A DNA stretch of 64,000 nucleotides from an uncultured Acidobacteriota bacterium (GTDB lineage Bacteria; Acidobacteriota; Blastocatellia; RBC074): NCBI GenBank assembly GCA_963796275.1, contig CAWCKY010000006.1, forward strand, positions 2,272,001 through 2,336,000, read 5' to 3'. The notes below the pieces were generated by a model. The model made no database searches. It had not been told where the DNA came from and was given only the letters and a program-made list of their open reading frames with translations. Below, one piece after another: positions 43,786 to 54,118 of this stretch. Positions within the stretch are counted from its first letter, which is position 1. Each line of letters opens with the position of its first letter. Position numbers and translations under genes: made by a program.

Positions 43786-46437
43786 TTATTCCGCTCGCAG
43801 AGCGATCATGGGGTCTACCTTTGTCGCACGTCGCGCCGGAACCCAACAAGCTAACAGAGCAACGATGTTCAGAATCAAAGCTATTAAGAGGAAGGTCGGC
43901 GGATCGGTCGCGCTCACTTCGAAGAGCAGGTTTTCCATCAGTCGAGTCAGCGCCAACGAGGCGATCAAACCGATCGTCACACCAGCCGATATCAGTTTGA
44001 GCCCTTGCTTTAAGATCATCATCATAACATCGACCCCGTCTGCCCCTAACGCCATTCGAATCCCGATCTCGCGCGTGCGCTGGCCGACGGAATACGAAAT
44101 GACGCCATATATGCCGATGGTGCCGATAATGAGCGCGACCGCCGCGAAAACTCCGAATAGCAGCATGCCATTGCGGCGTAGCGCCATCGAGTTGGCCAGC
44201 CTCTCATCCATAGTCATCATCTCATAGATCGGTTGATCAGGATCGCCTACCGCGACCTCATTACGTATGGCCGCCATCATAAGCCCGGGGTCAGTGGCAG
44301 TACGAACAGCCAATATTGGATCAGTGTAGACGGGAGTCTGCGAATACGGAAAATATATCTCAGGGTTCACCTCTTCGTCGAGTCCGAGATGTTTGACATC
44401 AGCTACCACCCCGACGATGGATAGCCAGGGCGATTGGGGATTATGGCTATCCAGACGTTTGCCGAGCGGGTCTTCGGCTGAAAAGAAACGACGAGCCAGC
44501 GTCTCGTTTATGATCGCCACGTGTGGCGTATCGGCGCGATCATCATCGTTAAATGCGCGCCCGGCGCGCATCTGCATTCCCATAGTACGGAAATAATCGG
44601 AGCTGACGGTGTTTAACTCGACAACCGGCTCTCTACCTTTCTCCCACGGCGGTCGGCCCTCGATGTTGAGTGTGCCGCGGCCGGACAGCCTGGTGAGCGG
44701 CAGCCACGTGGTCAATGCTGCCGATTGGACGCCGGGCAGTGTCTGCAGGCGCGAGAGCAACTCTCGGCAGTAGGCGAAGCGCTGTGGCGATCCGGGAGGA
44801 TATTTCGAGTAACTGAGCCGCACATTCAGCGTCAGCACATTCTCCGATTGAAAACCTCTTTCTACATTGCGCAGGCGGAGGAAGCTTTTGATCATCAACC
44901 CCGCCCCTATCAACAGCGCAAGCGACAATGCGAGTTCGACCACCACCAGTGTTGGGCTCGCCCGTCGCCAGTCCCCGCGATTAGAGAATCGAGCCCTCAG
45001 ACCTTCCTTCAGCGCTTCGTTCAAATCTATCCGGGATACCAGCAATGCTGGCAGCAAGCCGGCGATCGCGCAGGTCAGAGTCGAGATGGAGAAAGTGAAA
45101 CCGAGCACTGAGCCATCGATACCCAGTTCTTTGACGCGCGGGATCCAGTCTGGTTCGAGCGCCACCAAACAGCGGATGCCGGCCCAGGCTATCTGTAACC
45201 CGATCATTCCGCCCAGAATGGACAGGATGGCGGTCTCGGTCATTAGTTGCCGGACGAGCCGCGCACGTCCAGCTCCCAAAGAGGCGCGAACCGCCAATTC
45301 TTTCCTGCGCGCCATAGCCCGCACGAGCTGCAGGTTGGCGACGTTGACGCAGGCGATAAGCAGAACGAATGCGACGGCCCCGGATAGTATAATCAGCGCC
45401 AACCGCGCGTTTCCGACTATCTTCTCGCTCAGCTTGGTAACTTTGATCTCTGCGACTCCGGCTGCTCCTGATCGCTGCCCGCGGAGAGTAATCATTTCTA
45501 AATCCGATTGCGCCAGCTCTATAGTTATGCCCGGCTTTAGTCGCCCAAGCACATTGATCAATATGCTTTCATCGCGCGGCAGGTTGAGAACGTACGGCGT
45601 CCAGGCATCGATATCAGGTTGATAAGCGACTTGGAAGAGTCCAACGCTTCCAGGAAAACGAATCCCGGATGGCATTACACCGACAATCAGGAAGCTGTCA
45701 CCATCGAGCATCAACGTTTTCCCCACAATATTCGGATCAGAACTGAAGCGGCGCTGCCAAAACCGCTGACTCAACAGCGTCACGCGTTGACTGCCGGGCC
45801 GATCTTCATCAAGGCGGAAGTCGCGACCGAGCAGAGGCTTGACGCCCAGCGAAGGAAAAAAGTTGGCGGATATCCGTCCCAGTATCAGCCGCTCGGCCTC
45901 TCCGCCCACGGTGAAGTTGGCGTCGCCGGTATCATAAAAGGCGAGCTGGTCGAAACTCTGACTCTGTCTGCGCCAGTCGAGATAATTCCTGCCTCGGAGC
46001 AGCTCGATATTTCTCAATGGATATGAGACCGTGACCGTGACAATTTGATCAGGGTCCGAGTAAGGCAACTGCTTCAACAATACCCCGTGAACCACACTGA
46101 AGATCGCGGTGTTCGCTCCGATTCCGAGCGCCAGTGAGAGGACAGCCACCAGAGTGAAGCCGGGGTTCTTGGTCAGCATCCTCACACCGTAGCGTAAATC
46201 TTGCCACGCATCCTCAATCCATTTCACGCCGCGCGCGTCGCGGCTACGTTCCTTCGCCTGCTCCATCCCGCCGAAGCTTTTCAGCGCAGATAGCCGCGCA
46301 TTTTCCGGGCTCATCCCAAGACGGATGTACAGCTCGGTCTGATTCTCGATGTGATGGCGCAACTCCTCATCCAGTTCGCGCTCTGCTCGAGACCTGCGCA
46401 GTAGCGCCCGCAGCGCCATCTTCAATCTACTCAGCAT
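43786..46437 (-). CDS. ADOP-family ABC permease
   Basis: ERELDEELRHH, WQDLRYGVRML, LLIACVNVANL and PARRATKVDPMIALRAE motifs. Confidence 0.95.
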   Translation of the reverse strand: MLSRLKMALRALLRRSRAERELDEELRHHIENQTELYIRLGMSPENARLSALKSFGGMEQAKERSRDARGVKWIEDAWQDLRYGVRMLTKNPGFTLVAVLSLALGIGANTAIFSVVHGVLLKQLPYSDPDQIVTVTVSYPLRNIELLRGRNYLDWRRQSQSFDQLAFYDTGDANFTVGGEAERLILGRISANFFPSLGVKPLLGRDFRLDEDRPGSQRVTLLSQRFWQRRFSSDPNIVGKTLMLDGDSFLIVGVMPSGIRFPGSVGLFQVAYQPDIDAWTPYVLNLPRDESILINVLGRLKPGITIELAQSDLEMITLRGQRSGAAGVAEIKVTKLSEKIVGNARLALIILSGAVAFVLLIACVNVANLQLVRAMARRKELAVRASLGAGRARLVRQLMTETAILSILGGMIGLQIAWAGIRCLVALEPDWIPRVKELGIDGSVLGFTFSISTLTCAIAGLLPALLVSRIDLNEALKEGLRARFSNRGDWRRASPTLVVVELALSLALLIGAGLMIKSFLRLRNVERGFQSENVLTLNVRLSYSKYPPGSPQRFAYCRELLSRLQTLPGVQSAALTTWLPLTRLSGRGTLNIEGRPPWEKGREPVVELNTVSSDYFRTMGMQMRAGRAFNDDDRADTPHVAIINETLARRFFSAEDPLGKRLDSHNPQSPWLSIVGVVADVKHLGLDEEVNPEIYFPYSQTPVYTDPILAVRTATDPGLMMAAIRNEVAVGDPDQPIYEMMTMDERLANSMALRRNGMLLFGVFAAVALIIGTIGIYGVISYSVGQRTREIGIRMALGADGVDVMMMILKQGLKLISAGVTIGLIASLALTRLMENLLFEVSATDPPTFLLIALILNIVALLACWVPARRATKVDPMIALRAE

Positions 46438-46480
46438 TCGGGTTCCTCACTTTCTTTCGGATCACACGCCGCGCACCATC

Positions 46481-46496
46481 AGCACGAACTGTGCCA
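46481..46496 (-). promoter_or_regulatory. Putative sigma54 (-24/-12) promoter
   Basis: TGGCAC-AGTTC-GTGCT, about 45 nt upstream of the permease ATG. Confidence 0.55.
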
Positions 46497-46740
46497 GAGA
46501 ATCGCTGCTACGCTCTCCCTCGTCGCAATGTTTTCCCAGCCGTCGTCAACTTTATAACTTTGCGCGCTCGTTACCCTCCGACTCTTCCCAATCTGCGATA
46601 GTCAGACGCGCGTCGCGTGCAACACCCCCGCAGCGCTGGTTAGAACAGGTCGAGCATCCTCCGCGACCTGAGCTCCTCTCGTGTTTCGATAGAGGAGGTT
46701 AATGGCTGAACCTGTCGAATGTCAATAGGGAAAACGCGCT

Positions 46741-47112
46741 CGGAGCTCCGCCTTCAGGCTGTCTGTAATCATGAGAAAAGAAAAGACCGCGTAAACGCGG
46801 AACTCCAAACGCGATCTCGATGTTCGGAGTTCCACCTTCAGGCGGTCAGGGAATCATACGAAAGAAAAAGACCGCGTAAACGCGGAACTCCAAACGCGAT
46901 CTCGATGTTCGGAGTTCCACCTTCAGGCGGTCAGGGAATCATACGAAAGAAAAAGACCGCGTAAACGCGGAACTCCAAACGCGATCTCGATGTTCGGAGT
47001 TCCACCTTCAGGCGGTCAGGGAATCATACGAAAGAAAAAGACCGCGTAAACGCGGAACTCCAAACGCGATCTCCATGCTCGGAGTTCCGCCTTCATGCGG
47101 TCAGAAATCATG
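46741..47112. repeat. BIME-like array: 85-bp unit (about 4.3 copies) of alternating inverted REPs
   Basis: ACCGCGTAAACGCGGAACTCC at 46786, 46871, 46956 and 47041, alternating with GGAGTTCCRCCTTCAGGCGG; linkers nearly identical. Confidence 0.9.
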
Positions 47113-47295
47113 AGAAGTAATCTGAGAAACTGTGGTGTGAGGCTACTCCTTAATCGCAGCTTTTCTCTCAAAAACAGCGCAGGTAGTCACAATTATCGCG
47201 CCGCACCGCGCGAAGCATGAGGTTGGCGCGGTCCCGGGGTCTACAGGTGGAACGTTTCGTTCACGGTATTTCAGGCGGGGCGGTGGAAACTTATT

Positions 47296-47541
47296 TGAAG
47301 CCAGTGCAAATTAAAATCCAACAGAATCAATAATCTTGCACTCAGCGCCGGAGGCGCGTAATGACTATAGCTCACGATCCTAACCATAACCTGAGCTCCG
47401 GAGGAGCGACATATGAATGCCTACCTGTCGCTCCGGAGCTCGTGAGAATTTTGGTGACCGAATACTATAAACATTCCGCGCCTCTGGCGCTCAGGTCCGA
47501 AAATGCTGATTCCAATTAACTTTTATTTTGCACAGTCTTCA
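47296..47541. mobile_element. Putative MITE / composite REP element
   Basis: Outer inverted repeats TGAAGCCAGTGCAAATTAAAA / TTTTATTTTGCACAGTCTTCA enclose inner inverted repeats AGCGCCGGAGGCGCGTAATGACTATAG / CTATAAACATTCCGCGCCTCTGGCGCT; no ORF. Confidence 0.55.
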
Positions 47542-47613
47542 CTTATATAAGCTTGGTTTTGACGTCACGTAATCGGGGGTCGGTGACTACGTAACGAGAT
47601 TCGTAGTCTGGCG

Positions 47614-48501
47614 TTACCGCAGGTACTTATTGAAAAATTCGAGAGTGCGAGTCCATGCCAATTTGGCGGAGGCTTCGTCATATCGCGGCGTCGTGTCGTT
47701 GTGGAAGCCGTGTTGTTTACCCTCGTACATTTGCAGCGTATAGACCTTGTTGTTAGCCTTCAGCGCCGCCTCGTAAGCCGCTATGCCTGCGTTGATGCCC
47801 TGATCATTGCCCGCGTATTGAAGCAACAAAGGCGCGGAAATTTTGGGAACATCATCCGCGCCCGCCTGGCGACCATAGAAAGCGACGCCGGCATTCAGAT
47901 CAGCCCCCAGTCGAACAGCCAATTGATTCACCATCCCGCCGCCAAAACAGAAACCGACCGCACCGAGTTTGCCGGAGGAATCGGGACGTGCCTTGAGCCA
48001 CTGGGCTGCGGCGATGAAATCTTCGGTCATCTTTTTACCATCCACCGTGCGGAAGGCAGCGACGCCTTTCTCCTCGCTCCCGGGATATCCGCCGACCGAA
48101 GTCAATCCATCGGGCGCAAAAGCGATGAAATTGGCGAGCGCAAGGCGACGCGCCACATCCTCGATATAGGGATTGAGTCCGCGGTTTTCGTGAATGACGA
48201 GGACGACGGGCAGCTTTCCATCTTTTGCCGGGCGCGCCAGATAACCTTTGATCGAACCGTTTCCTGCGGGCGATTGCACGACTTCGTACCCAACTTTGAT
48301 GCGTTTGTCATCCGGTGGCACCTGCTGCGCCCAGGCGAAGTTGGGTGTCAGGCTTTCGAAAATCGCCGCGACGGTCAGGCCCCCGGTCGCAAACTTGCCC
48401 GCACGTTCCAGGAAAGTGCGGCGGTTGATCTCGCCGTGTTGGTATTCGTGAAACAGGTCTAACAGTTCCTGTGGATAATCTGATGCTTGCTTTCGTTCCA
48501 T
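47614..48501 (-). CDS. Dienelactone hydrolase family protein (YghX-like)
   Basis: INRRTFL, VIHENRGLNP, GFCFGG and HGFHNDTT.RYD motifs. Confidence 0.92.
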   Translation of the reverse strand: MERKQASDYPQELLDLFHEYQHGEINRRTFLERAGKFATGGLTVAAIFESLTPNFAWAQQVPPDDKRIKVGYEVVQSPAGNGSIKGYLARPAKDGKLPVVLVIHENRGLNPYIEDVARRLALANFIAFAPDGLTSVGGYPGSEEKGVAAFRTVDGKKMTEDFIAAAQWLKARPDSSGKLGAVGFCFGGGMVNQLAVRLGADLNAGVAFYGRQAGADDVPKISAPLLLQYAGNDQGINAGIAAYEAALKANNKVYTLQMYEGKQHGFHNDTTPRYDEASAKLAWTRTLEFFNKYLR

Positions 48502-48751
48502 TCTATCTCCTTGCGTATGTTGGGAGCGGAGTACGAGGCATCTATCCTACACCGCTGGTGAATCCGGATGGCCGGTGCGATCCCAACCGGGAAATTGCAA
48601 GCGCCCGGGTCATCCGTAACAGTCAATCTGTAACTTGCATTTCCTAAGACGAACGCAGGGCCGCGCCGGATTCAGCGTCTATCGAAATTTTTCTCAGAAT
48701 GAAATATATGGGGGCTCAAACGTCGCGCCCGACATCCGACTGCATACGTAG

Positions 48752-50263
48752 TCAGTCGGGTCTTGCCTCAGCAAGTGACATCTGCGAGGTCTCAGGGACC
48801 TTCGTGTCGCAGGCGCGCCGAAATTCCAGAATGCCGTCATCGATCGCTCCCAAGCGAAACCTGAAAATATCGAACGCATAGTTCTGGGGATTGCGCCAGG
48901 GACCTTTCATTCCCACTCTGGGCATGTTCTCTTCCGCGCGTTTGATGTACCCCGACTTCAGATTTCCGAGCGGTTTCACCGGCATCGTGGGATCAGGCGC
49001 TTTCGGTCTTGCCTCAACATAATCGTGTGCGTCCATAAAATTGATCAGGCGGCAAAAATACTCCGCCAGCAGGTCGGCGCGGAGTGTCCACGAAGCATTC
49101 GTGTAACCAAAGACGAACGCCAGATTGGGCACACCGCTGAACATAATCCCTTTATACAAAACGACCTTGCCGGTCTCGATGAGCTGCTCATCGACCCTGA
49201 CCTCCGCGCCTCCCGCAAACTGAAGGTCCAACCCGGTTGCGGTGATAATGATGTCAGCCTCGAGTTCCCGTCCCGCGCTTAGCTTGAGACCTGTCTCGGT
49301 GAAGGTGTCAATCTGTTCGGTGACGATGGAAACCTTACCCGCGCTGATGGCCGCGAAAAGATCATTATCGGGAACAATACACAACCGCTCATCCCAGGGA
49401 TTGTAGCGCGGCGCGAAATGCGCCATATCGAACTCCGGCCCCAATTGCTTACGAATCAGCTTGAGCAACTTCGTCCTGGCTTGCTCTGGAAACCTGCGGG
49501 CGGCATTGAAGAAGATGAGTTGCAAAACCACGTTTCTCCAGCGCGTCAACCGGTAAGCCAAACTGAGCGGCAAATGACTGCGCAACCAGTTGGCGTTGGC
49601 GTCAACCGCCGGCAGCGACAACATATAGGTCGGCGACCTCTGCACCATCGTCACGTGCGACGCTTTGTCGGCCATCGCCGGTACCAAGGTGACTGCCGTC
49701 GCACCGCTGCCGATGACGATGACGCGTTTGCCCGCATAGTTGAGGTCCTCAGGCCAAAATTGCGGATGAATAATCGTTCCCTTGAAACGCGATAGCCCCG
49801 CGAACTCCGGCGTGTAGCCCGCTGAATAGCGATAATAGCCCGAGCACAACATCACGTAGCGCGCCGTGAACGATACTTTGCGCTCTTCGTGGTCGGCCTC
49901 CACCGTCCACAACGCATCTGCAGAGGACCAGGAGAGGCGGCGGACCAAATGTTTGAAGCGTATGTGCGGAACTATCTCATACTCCTCAGCCGCTTCTTTC
50001 AGATATGCGAGGATAGCAGGGCCGTCCGCAATTGCCTTCGGATGTTTCCAGGGTTTGAAGTTGTAGCCGAGCGTATGCATGTCGCTATCCGAACGAATGC
50101 CCGGATACCGAAACAAATCCCAAGTGCCACCGATTGTGTCGCGGCCTTCCAGCACCGCAAAGGTCTTGCCCGGACAGTGCAACTGCAAGTGGACGGCTGC
50201 GCCGATCCCCGAAAGACCCGCGCCAATGATAACTACATCGAAAGATTTCATTCTCAATGCCAC
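48752..50263 (-). CDS. Flavin-containing Baeyer-Villiger-type monooxygenase (EthA-like)
   Basis: GAGLSG, GGTWDLFRYPGIRSDSD, FKGTIIHPQFWP and GSGATA motifs. Confidence 0.92.
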   Translation of the reverse strand: MALRMKSFDVVIIGAGLSGIGAAVHLQLHCPGKTFAVLEGRDTIGGTWDLFRYPGIRSDSDMHTLGYNFKPWKHPKAIADGPAILAYLKEAAEEYEIVPHIRFKHLVRRLSWSSADALWTVEADHEERKVSFTARYVMLCSGYYRYSAGYTPEFAGLSRFKGTIIHPQFWPEDLNYAGKRVIVIGSGATAVTLVPAMADKASHVTMVQRSPTYMLSLPAVDANANWLRSHLPLSLAYRLTRWRNVVLQLIFFNAARRFPEQARTKLLKLIRKQLGPEFDMAHFAPRYNPWDERLCIVPDNDLFAAISAGKVSIVTEQIDTFTETGLKLSAGRELEADIIITATGLDLQFAGGAEVRVDEQLIETGKVVLYKGIMFSGVPNLAFVFGYTNASWTLRADLLAEYFCRLINFMDAHDYVEARPKAPDPTMPVKPLGNLKSGYIKRAEENMPRVGMKGPWRNPQNYAFDIFRFRLGAIDDGILEFRRACDTKVPETSQMSLAEARPD

Positions 50264-50475
50264 TTTGCCACTTTATGAAATAAAGTCTAAACCTTTTTAT
50301 TTACCCGTGCCAGGCATATCTTGCGGAGCACTGTCCGCAGGATTAGCAGTGTTAAATGGTTTAGAAGATACAAATAGCTTGATGCGCCGACAGCACAATG
50401 CGGTTGAAAGTTCCGGCCGCGTATCGGCGAGCGATCTTCAGGATCGTTCCATTATCAGAACTGGGGATGAGCCGC

Positions 50476-50856
50476 TTAATCAAGCTGGTCAGCGGCGGTA
50501 TGCCTGCCCACCGTGAAGGGGTCGCCGATGAGCCAGCGCCACGTGCCGTCCGGTTGCCGGCGGGCGACCTCGATTGCATATACCGCCATAGGTTCGGGCG
50601 CGGATACCTTCCACGCGGTGTGCATCAGTGCTATGTCGCCGGACTGGATAATCTGTTTGATCTTGAAGTCGAAAGTAGCTTTAACCGCCGCAAATTGGGC
50701 CAATTCCTTTTTCAGCGCCTCCCCGGTCTTTACTTCGCTTCCTCGATTCAGAAAGACCGCTTCCGGGTCATAGAGGCTAAACACCGAGTCAAGATTGCCT
50801 TCGGCCATGTACTTTTTGAAAAGATGACAAATTTCTTCAGGGCTTTTCGCCGGCAT
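50476..50856 (-). CDS. SnoaL/NTF2-like (DUF4440) protein
   Basis: LYDPEAVF...EVARRQPDGTWRWLIGDP; GGAGGAG RBS at MPAKS. Confidence 0.85.
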   Translation of the reverse strand: MPAKSPEEICHLFKKYMAEGNLDSVFSLYDPEAVFLNRGSEVKTGEALKKELAQFAAVKATFDFKIKQIIQSGDIALMHTAWKVSAPEPMAVYAIEVARRQPDGTWRWLIGDPFTVGRHTAADQLD

Positions 50857-51105
50857 TGTACTCCTCCTCCGCAATTGGAAACATCGGGCGCCTCGAAACG
50901 CTAGAAGCTTGCGACTTTGCGCGCCGCGCCCCTGCTCAATCTTGCGATGGATTCACCCTTACCGCAACAGAAATTCTCTGCTACGAAAATGTGGGCAGGC
51001 TGTTTGTCCGGGTTCTTTGAGGTACTCCCCATTGTCTAGACAAAAATTCAGCGAAGGTAAGGTGGATCGCTGCAAGCGGTTTTCAAGCCGAGAGCCGTCT
51101 GACCA

Positions 51106-51165
51106 ATTCCCACCGACTACCGTGGGCGGGATTTAGAATCATTCACGACTTCAGTCGGTGGGGTT
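51106..51165. repeat. REP-like doublet, CCCACCGAC family
   Basis: ATTCCCACCGACTACCGTGGGCGGGAT and CACGACTTCAGTCGGTGGG; related to 62240-62268. Confidence 0.55.
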
Positions 51166-51245
51166 TTAATGGAAACGAAATTCTTTACTGGGATTATCTT
51201 GCATGCAACGAATGCTGGCTGGTTTACAGAACTTCTCCCTTTTTC

Positions 51246-51593
51246 CTAGGGAAGTGCGAGGCGCTTTATCTGAATGATGTGACCCATATCATCAATCGGG
51301 ACGAGCCATCCGTCTTTAAGAATATAGCTGCTGTACCAGTATATGTGCCTGCACCGCCTCGCGACTGCGCCGACATCTGGCGGAAGTCCGTGTTTGCCTT
51401 CTCCACACCTTCTGATTTCGGTCGGTGCGCCGACGACTTCAAGCAACCGCGACTCACTGTCGTCGGGATGAATGTGGCGGAATCGCCGTTCCAATGTATC
51501 GGACCTCACGAGAAGGAAGCCGAGGAAAAGTACTAATGCCGCGATTGCGGCGCCGGCCGTAACTATGATGCGTCGTACATATTTACTTGCCAT
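51246..51593 (-). CDS. Small membrane-anchored hypothetical protein
   Basis: N-terminal TM helix; LLEVVGAPTE segment loosely reminiscent of SmpA/BamE. Confidence 0.55.
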   Translation of the reverse strand: MASKYVRRIIVTAGAAIAALVLFLGFLLVRSDTLERRFRHIHPDDSESRLLEVVGAPTEIRRCGEGKHGLPPDVGAVARRCRHIYWYSSYILKDGWLVPIDDMGHIIQIKRLALP

Positions 51594-51875
51594 ATATTGG
51601 ATATCAGGGCGATCTCGTGCTGTCTCGTGCTGTGTTGATGCGACGCACCAGCACAGGCCGCTATTTGTAAACTTGGATTCAAACGCGCGTTCTGGACGGC
51701 TTTACAGCTCACGCTCACTCGCCGGCAATGGAAGATTTCCGGAGGCTATGAACAATCGGCGCGGCGGCCTCGACTATCATTCGATAACTTACTGTCCAAG
51801 GCGGATAATCCGAAGGCCGTTGATTATCTGCTGGTCCGCGAACGCCGTCTCGGCCTTCGCAATCGACACGCCGGT

Positions 51876-52445
51876 TCATCGGGGAGGAACCCAGGATTTG
51901 GCGAGCAGGCGCCGTACCATCGGATCAAAGGTGGAAATCGGTTCATTGTGGTAACCCGGGTCAAATGACACTTCGTCATATTTGGCGCAGAACTCGACCG
52001 TCCTCTCGTAAGCCGGGTCGCCCTTGAATCGGTCCCGCGCGTCGGGGTCCAGCCCAAGGTGGGCGGCGAAAAAGTACGTCTGGAACAGGCTGTGGTGCAC
52101 CAGCATAAAGTAGTTGTCGCGGCAAATGAACGGGCGCAGGATGGACGCTATCACCTCGCCGTGGTTGAACGGCCCGAGCGTTTCGCCGATGTCGTGCAAC
52201 AGTGCGACAACCACGTACTCCTCATCCCTGCTATCGCGCAAGGCCCTGGTCGCTGCCTGGAGGCAGTGGTCGCGTCGTGTGATGTTGTATGCGGTGTCCT
52301 GGCCGAGGGCGTCGAGCAACCCGAACAGCCGGTCGGGCAATTCCTGCAGGGTCTGCTCGTGGACCCGTTTGAGTATCCGGAAATCTTCGTCCGTCCCTTC
52401 ATCCATCCGCTTGAAATGCATCTTCTCAGGTAGTGGCTGCGACAT
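51876..52445 (-). CDS. HD-domain phosphohydrolase/oxygenase-like protein
   Basis: HCLQAATRA, ALLHDIG, NHGE and HH motifs; GGAGG RBS. Confidence 0.85.
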   Translation of the reverse strand: MSQPLPEKMHFKRMDEGTDEDFRILKRVHEQTLQELPDRLFGLLDALGQDTAYNITRRDHCLQAATRALRDSRDEEYVVVALLHDIGETLGPFNHGEVIASILRPFICRDNYFMLVHHSLFQTYFFAAHLGLDPDARDRFKGDPAYERTVEFCAKYDEVSFDPGYHNEPISTFDPMVRRLLAKSWVPPR

Positions 52446-52999
52446 AATGTGTCACCTCCATCTGCAAGCGTTCGAACTCCGGTTGGAGTTCACTCGTTTG
52501 AGTTCCTCCTTCACACGCGGTCAGAGTAGCATCAACTGAAGGCGCAAATCCAAACTTAAAACCCGCATGAAGACGGAACTCAATAAACTCATTTATTAAC
52601 ATTTACAATATCTCATCTGTTACTTTGCTAAGCAACTCATCGGCGATTCATTTCAATCAGCGAACGTCTGACATACAGTTCACCCGTCCCTCGGAGCCGG
52701 CTTCTCAATAATTTTTTTAAGTGGCGGCCTCAAACTTTGTGCTCTTCGGCGCAGGCGCGGCCTCAATTCGGTTGAGAATGGATTACAATCAATCGGCATC
52801 CGTCATCCGGAGCATTTATTGATGAGGCCCTTGCGACTTGTAAAACGGGGCTGGTAAGTTAGTTCATGAGTCTGGTTGTTTTACTGAACTATTGTACTTG
52901 CGCCATTGTCTAGTTTTAACATTCAATGCTTAGTATCGCGGATCAATCACATAGGCTGATATCTATAACGGGAATTCGTAAAACGGGAAAAACAGATAT

Positions 53000-53968
53000 A
53001 TGAAAGCAATTGTCGTCCTTCAATACGGGGGACCGGAAGCATTGGTCTATCAGGAAATCGAAAAACCTGCCCCGAAAGCCGGCGAGGCGCTGGTCAGGCT
53101 CGAAGCCATCGGCCTCAACTTCATTGATGTTTATCACCGGACCGGACTTTATCCGCAAGAGCGCCCCTTCATTCCTGGGATGGAAGCCGCTGGTGTGATC
53201 GAAGCCATCGGTTCAGGTGTCACTGAAATCTCGGTAGGTGACCGCGTGGCTTATGCGATGTCTCCGGGCGCTTATGCTGAATATGCTATCGTGCCCGCAT
53301 GGAAGCTGGTCCAGGTCCCTGATGGCGTTGATGCACGGCAGGCTGCCGCCATGATGCTGCAGGGAATGACGGCGCATTACCTGATGACTTCCACCTATCC
53401 ACTCAAAGCTGGCGAGACGGCATTGATTCATGCGGCGGCCGGTGGTGTGGGATTGTTGCTAATTCAATTGGCGAAACGCATTGGCGCGCGCGCCATTGGT
53501 ACTGTTTCGACGGAGGCCAAAGCGCAGCTTGCCCGCGATGCCGGAGCCGCAGAGGTAATTCTTTACACCAAGCAGGACTTCGAGCAGGAGACGCGCCGGA
53601 TGACTGGAGGAAAAGGTGTTCAAGTTGTATATGATTCAGTCGGGAAAGACACTTTTCTCAAAAGCCTGAATTCACTGGCGCCGCGAGGGATGCTGGCGCT
53701 CTTCGGCCAGTCAAGCGGACCGGTCGAATCGTTCAACCCTGCGCTACTGGCTCAAAAAGGCTCGCTGTTTTTGACCAGACCGAGCCTGGCAAATTACGCG
53801 GCAACCAGAGATGAGTTACTGTGGCGCTCGGGCGAGCTGTTCGATTGGATCCTATCCGGTGAATTGAAGCTACGGATTGAGAAGACGTTTCCACTGGCCG
53901 AAGCCGCCGAATCTCATCGGCAACTCGAAGGCAGGAAGACGACGGGCAAGGTACTGCTGATCCCATGA
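53000..53968 (+). CDS. qor: NADPH:quinone oxidoreductase (zeta-crystallin family)
   Basis: GLNFIDVYHRTGLY, HAAAGGVG, VVYDSVGK, KGSLFLTRPSL and RKTTGKVLL motifs. Confidence 0.93.
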   Translation: MKAIVVLQYGGPEALVYQEIEKPAPKAGEALVRLEAIGLNFIDVYHRTGLYPQERPFIPGMEAAGVIEAIGSGVTEISVGDRVAYAMSPGAYAEYAIVPAWKLVQVPDGVDARQAAAMMLQGMTAHYLMTSTYPLKAGETALIHAAAGGVGLLLIQLAKRIGARAIGTVSTEAKAQLARDAGAAEVILYTKQDFEQETRRMTGGKGVQVVYDSVGKDTFLKSLNSLAPRGMLALFGQSSGPVESFNPALLAQKGSLFLTRPSLANYAATRDELLWRSGELFDWILSGELKLRIEKTFPLAEAAESHRQLEGRKTTGKVLLIP

Positions 53969-54118
53969 TCGTTCCCTCGTTCCCCTTCGATTCAGAGGCC
54001 GAGGAACTTCGCCCTCATAGAAAACCGTCTTCCGCTTCATCTGCTGGCCTGCATAATTGGCTCGATTACTTTGGGATTCCTACGTTATGACGTAGAAACG
54101 TTTAGCAGCGTGAGGATA

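Noticed and set aside
46719-46964. 81-aa ORF with internal repeats
   Set aside because: It is a translation of the REP array.
46741-47112. CRISPR array
   Set aside because: The would-be spacers are identical, the repeats alternate in orientation, and no cas genes are present; this fits a REP/BIME array.
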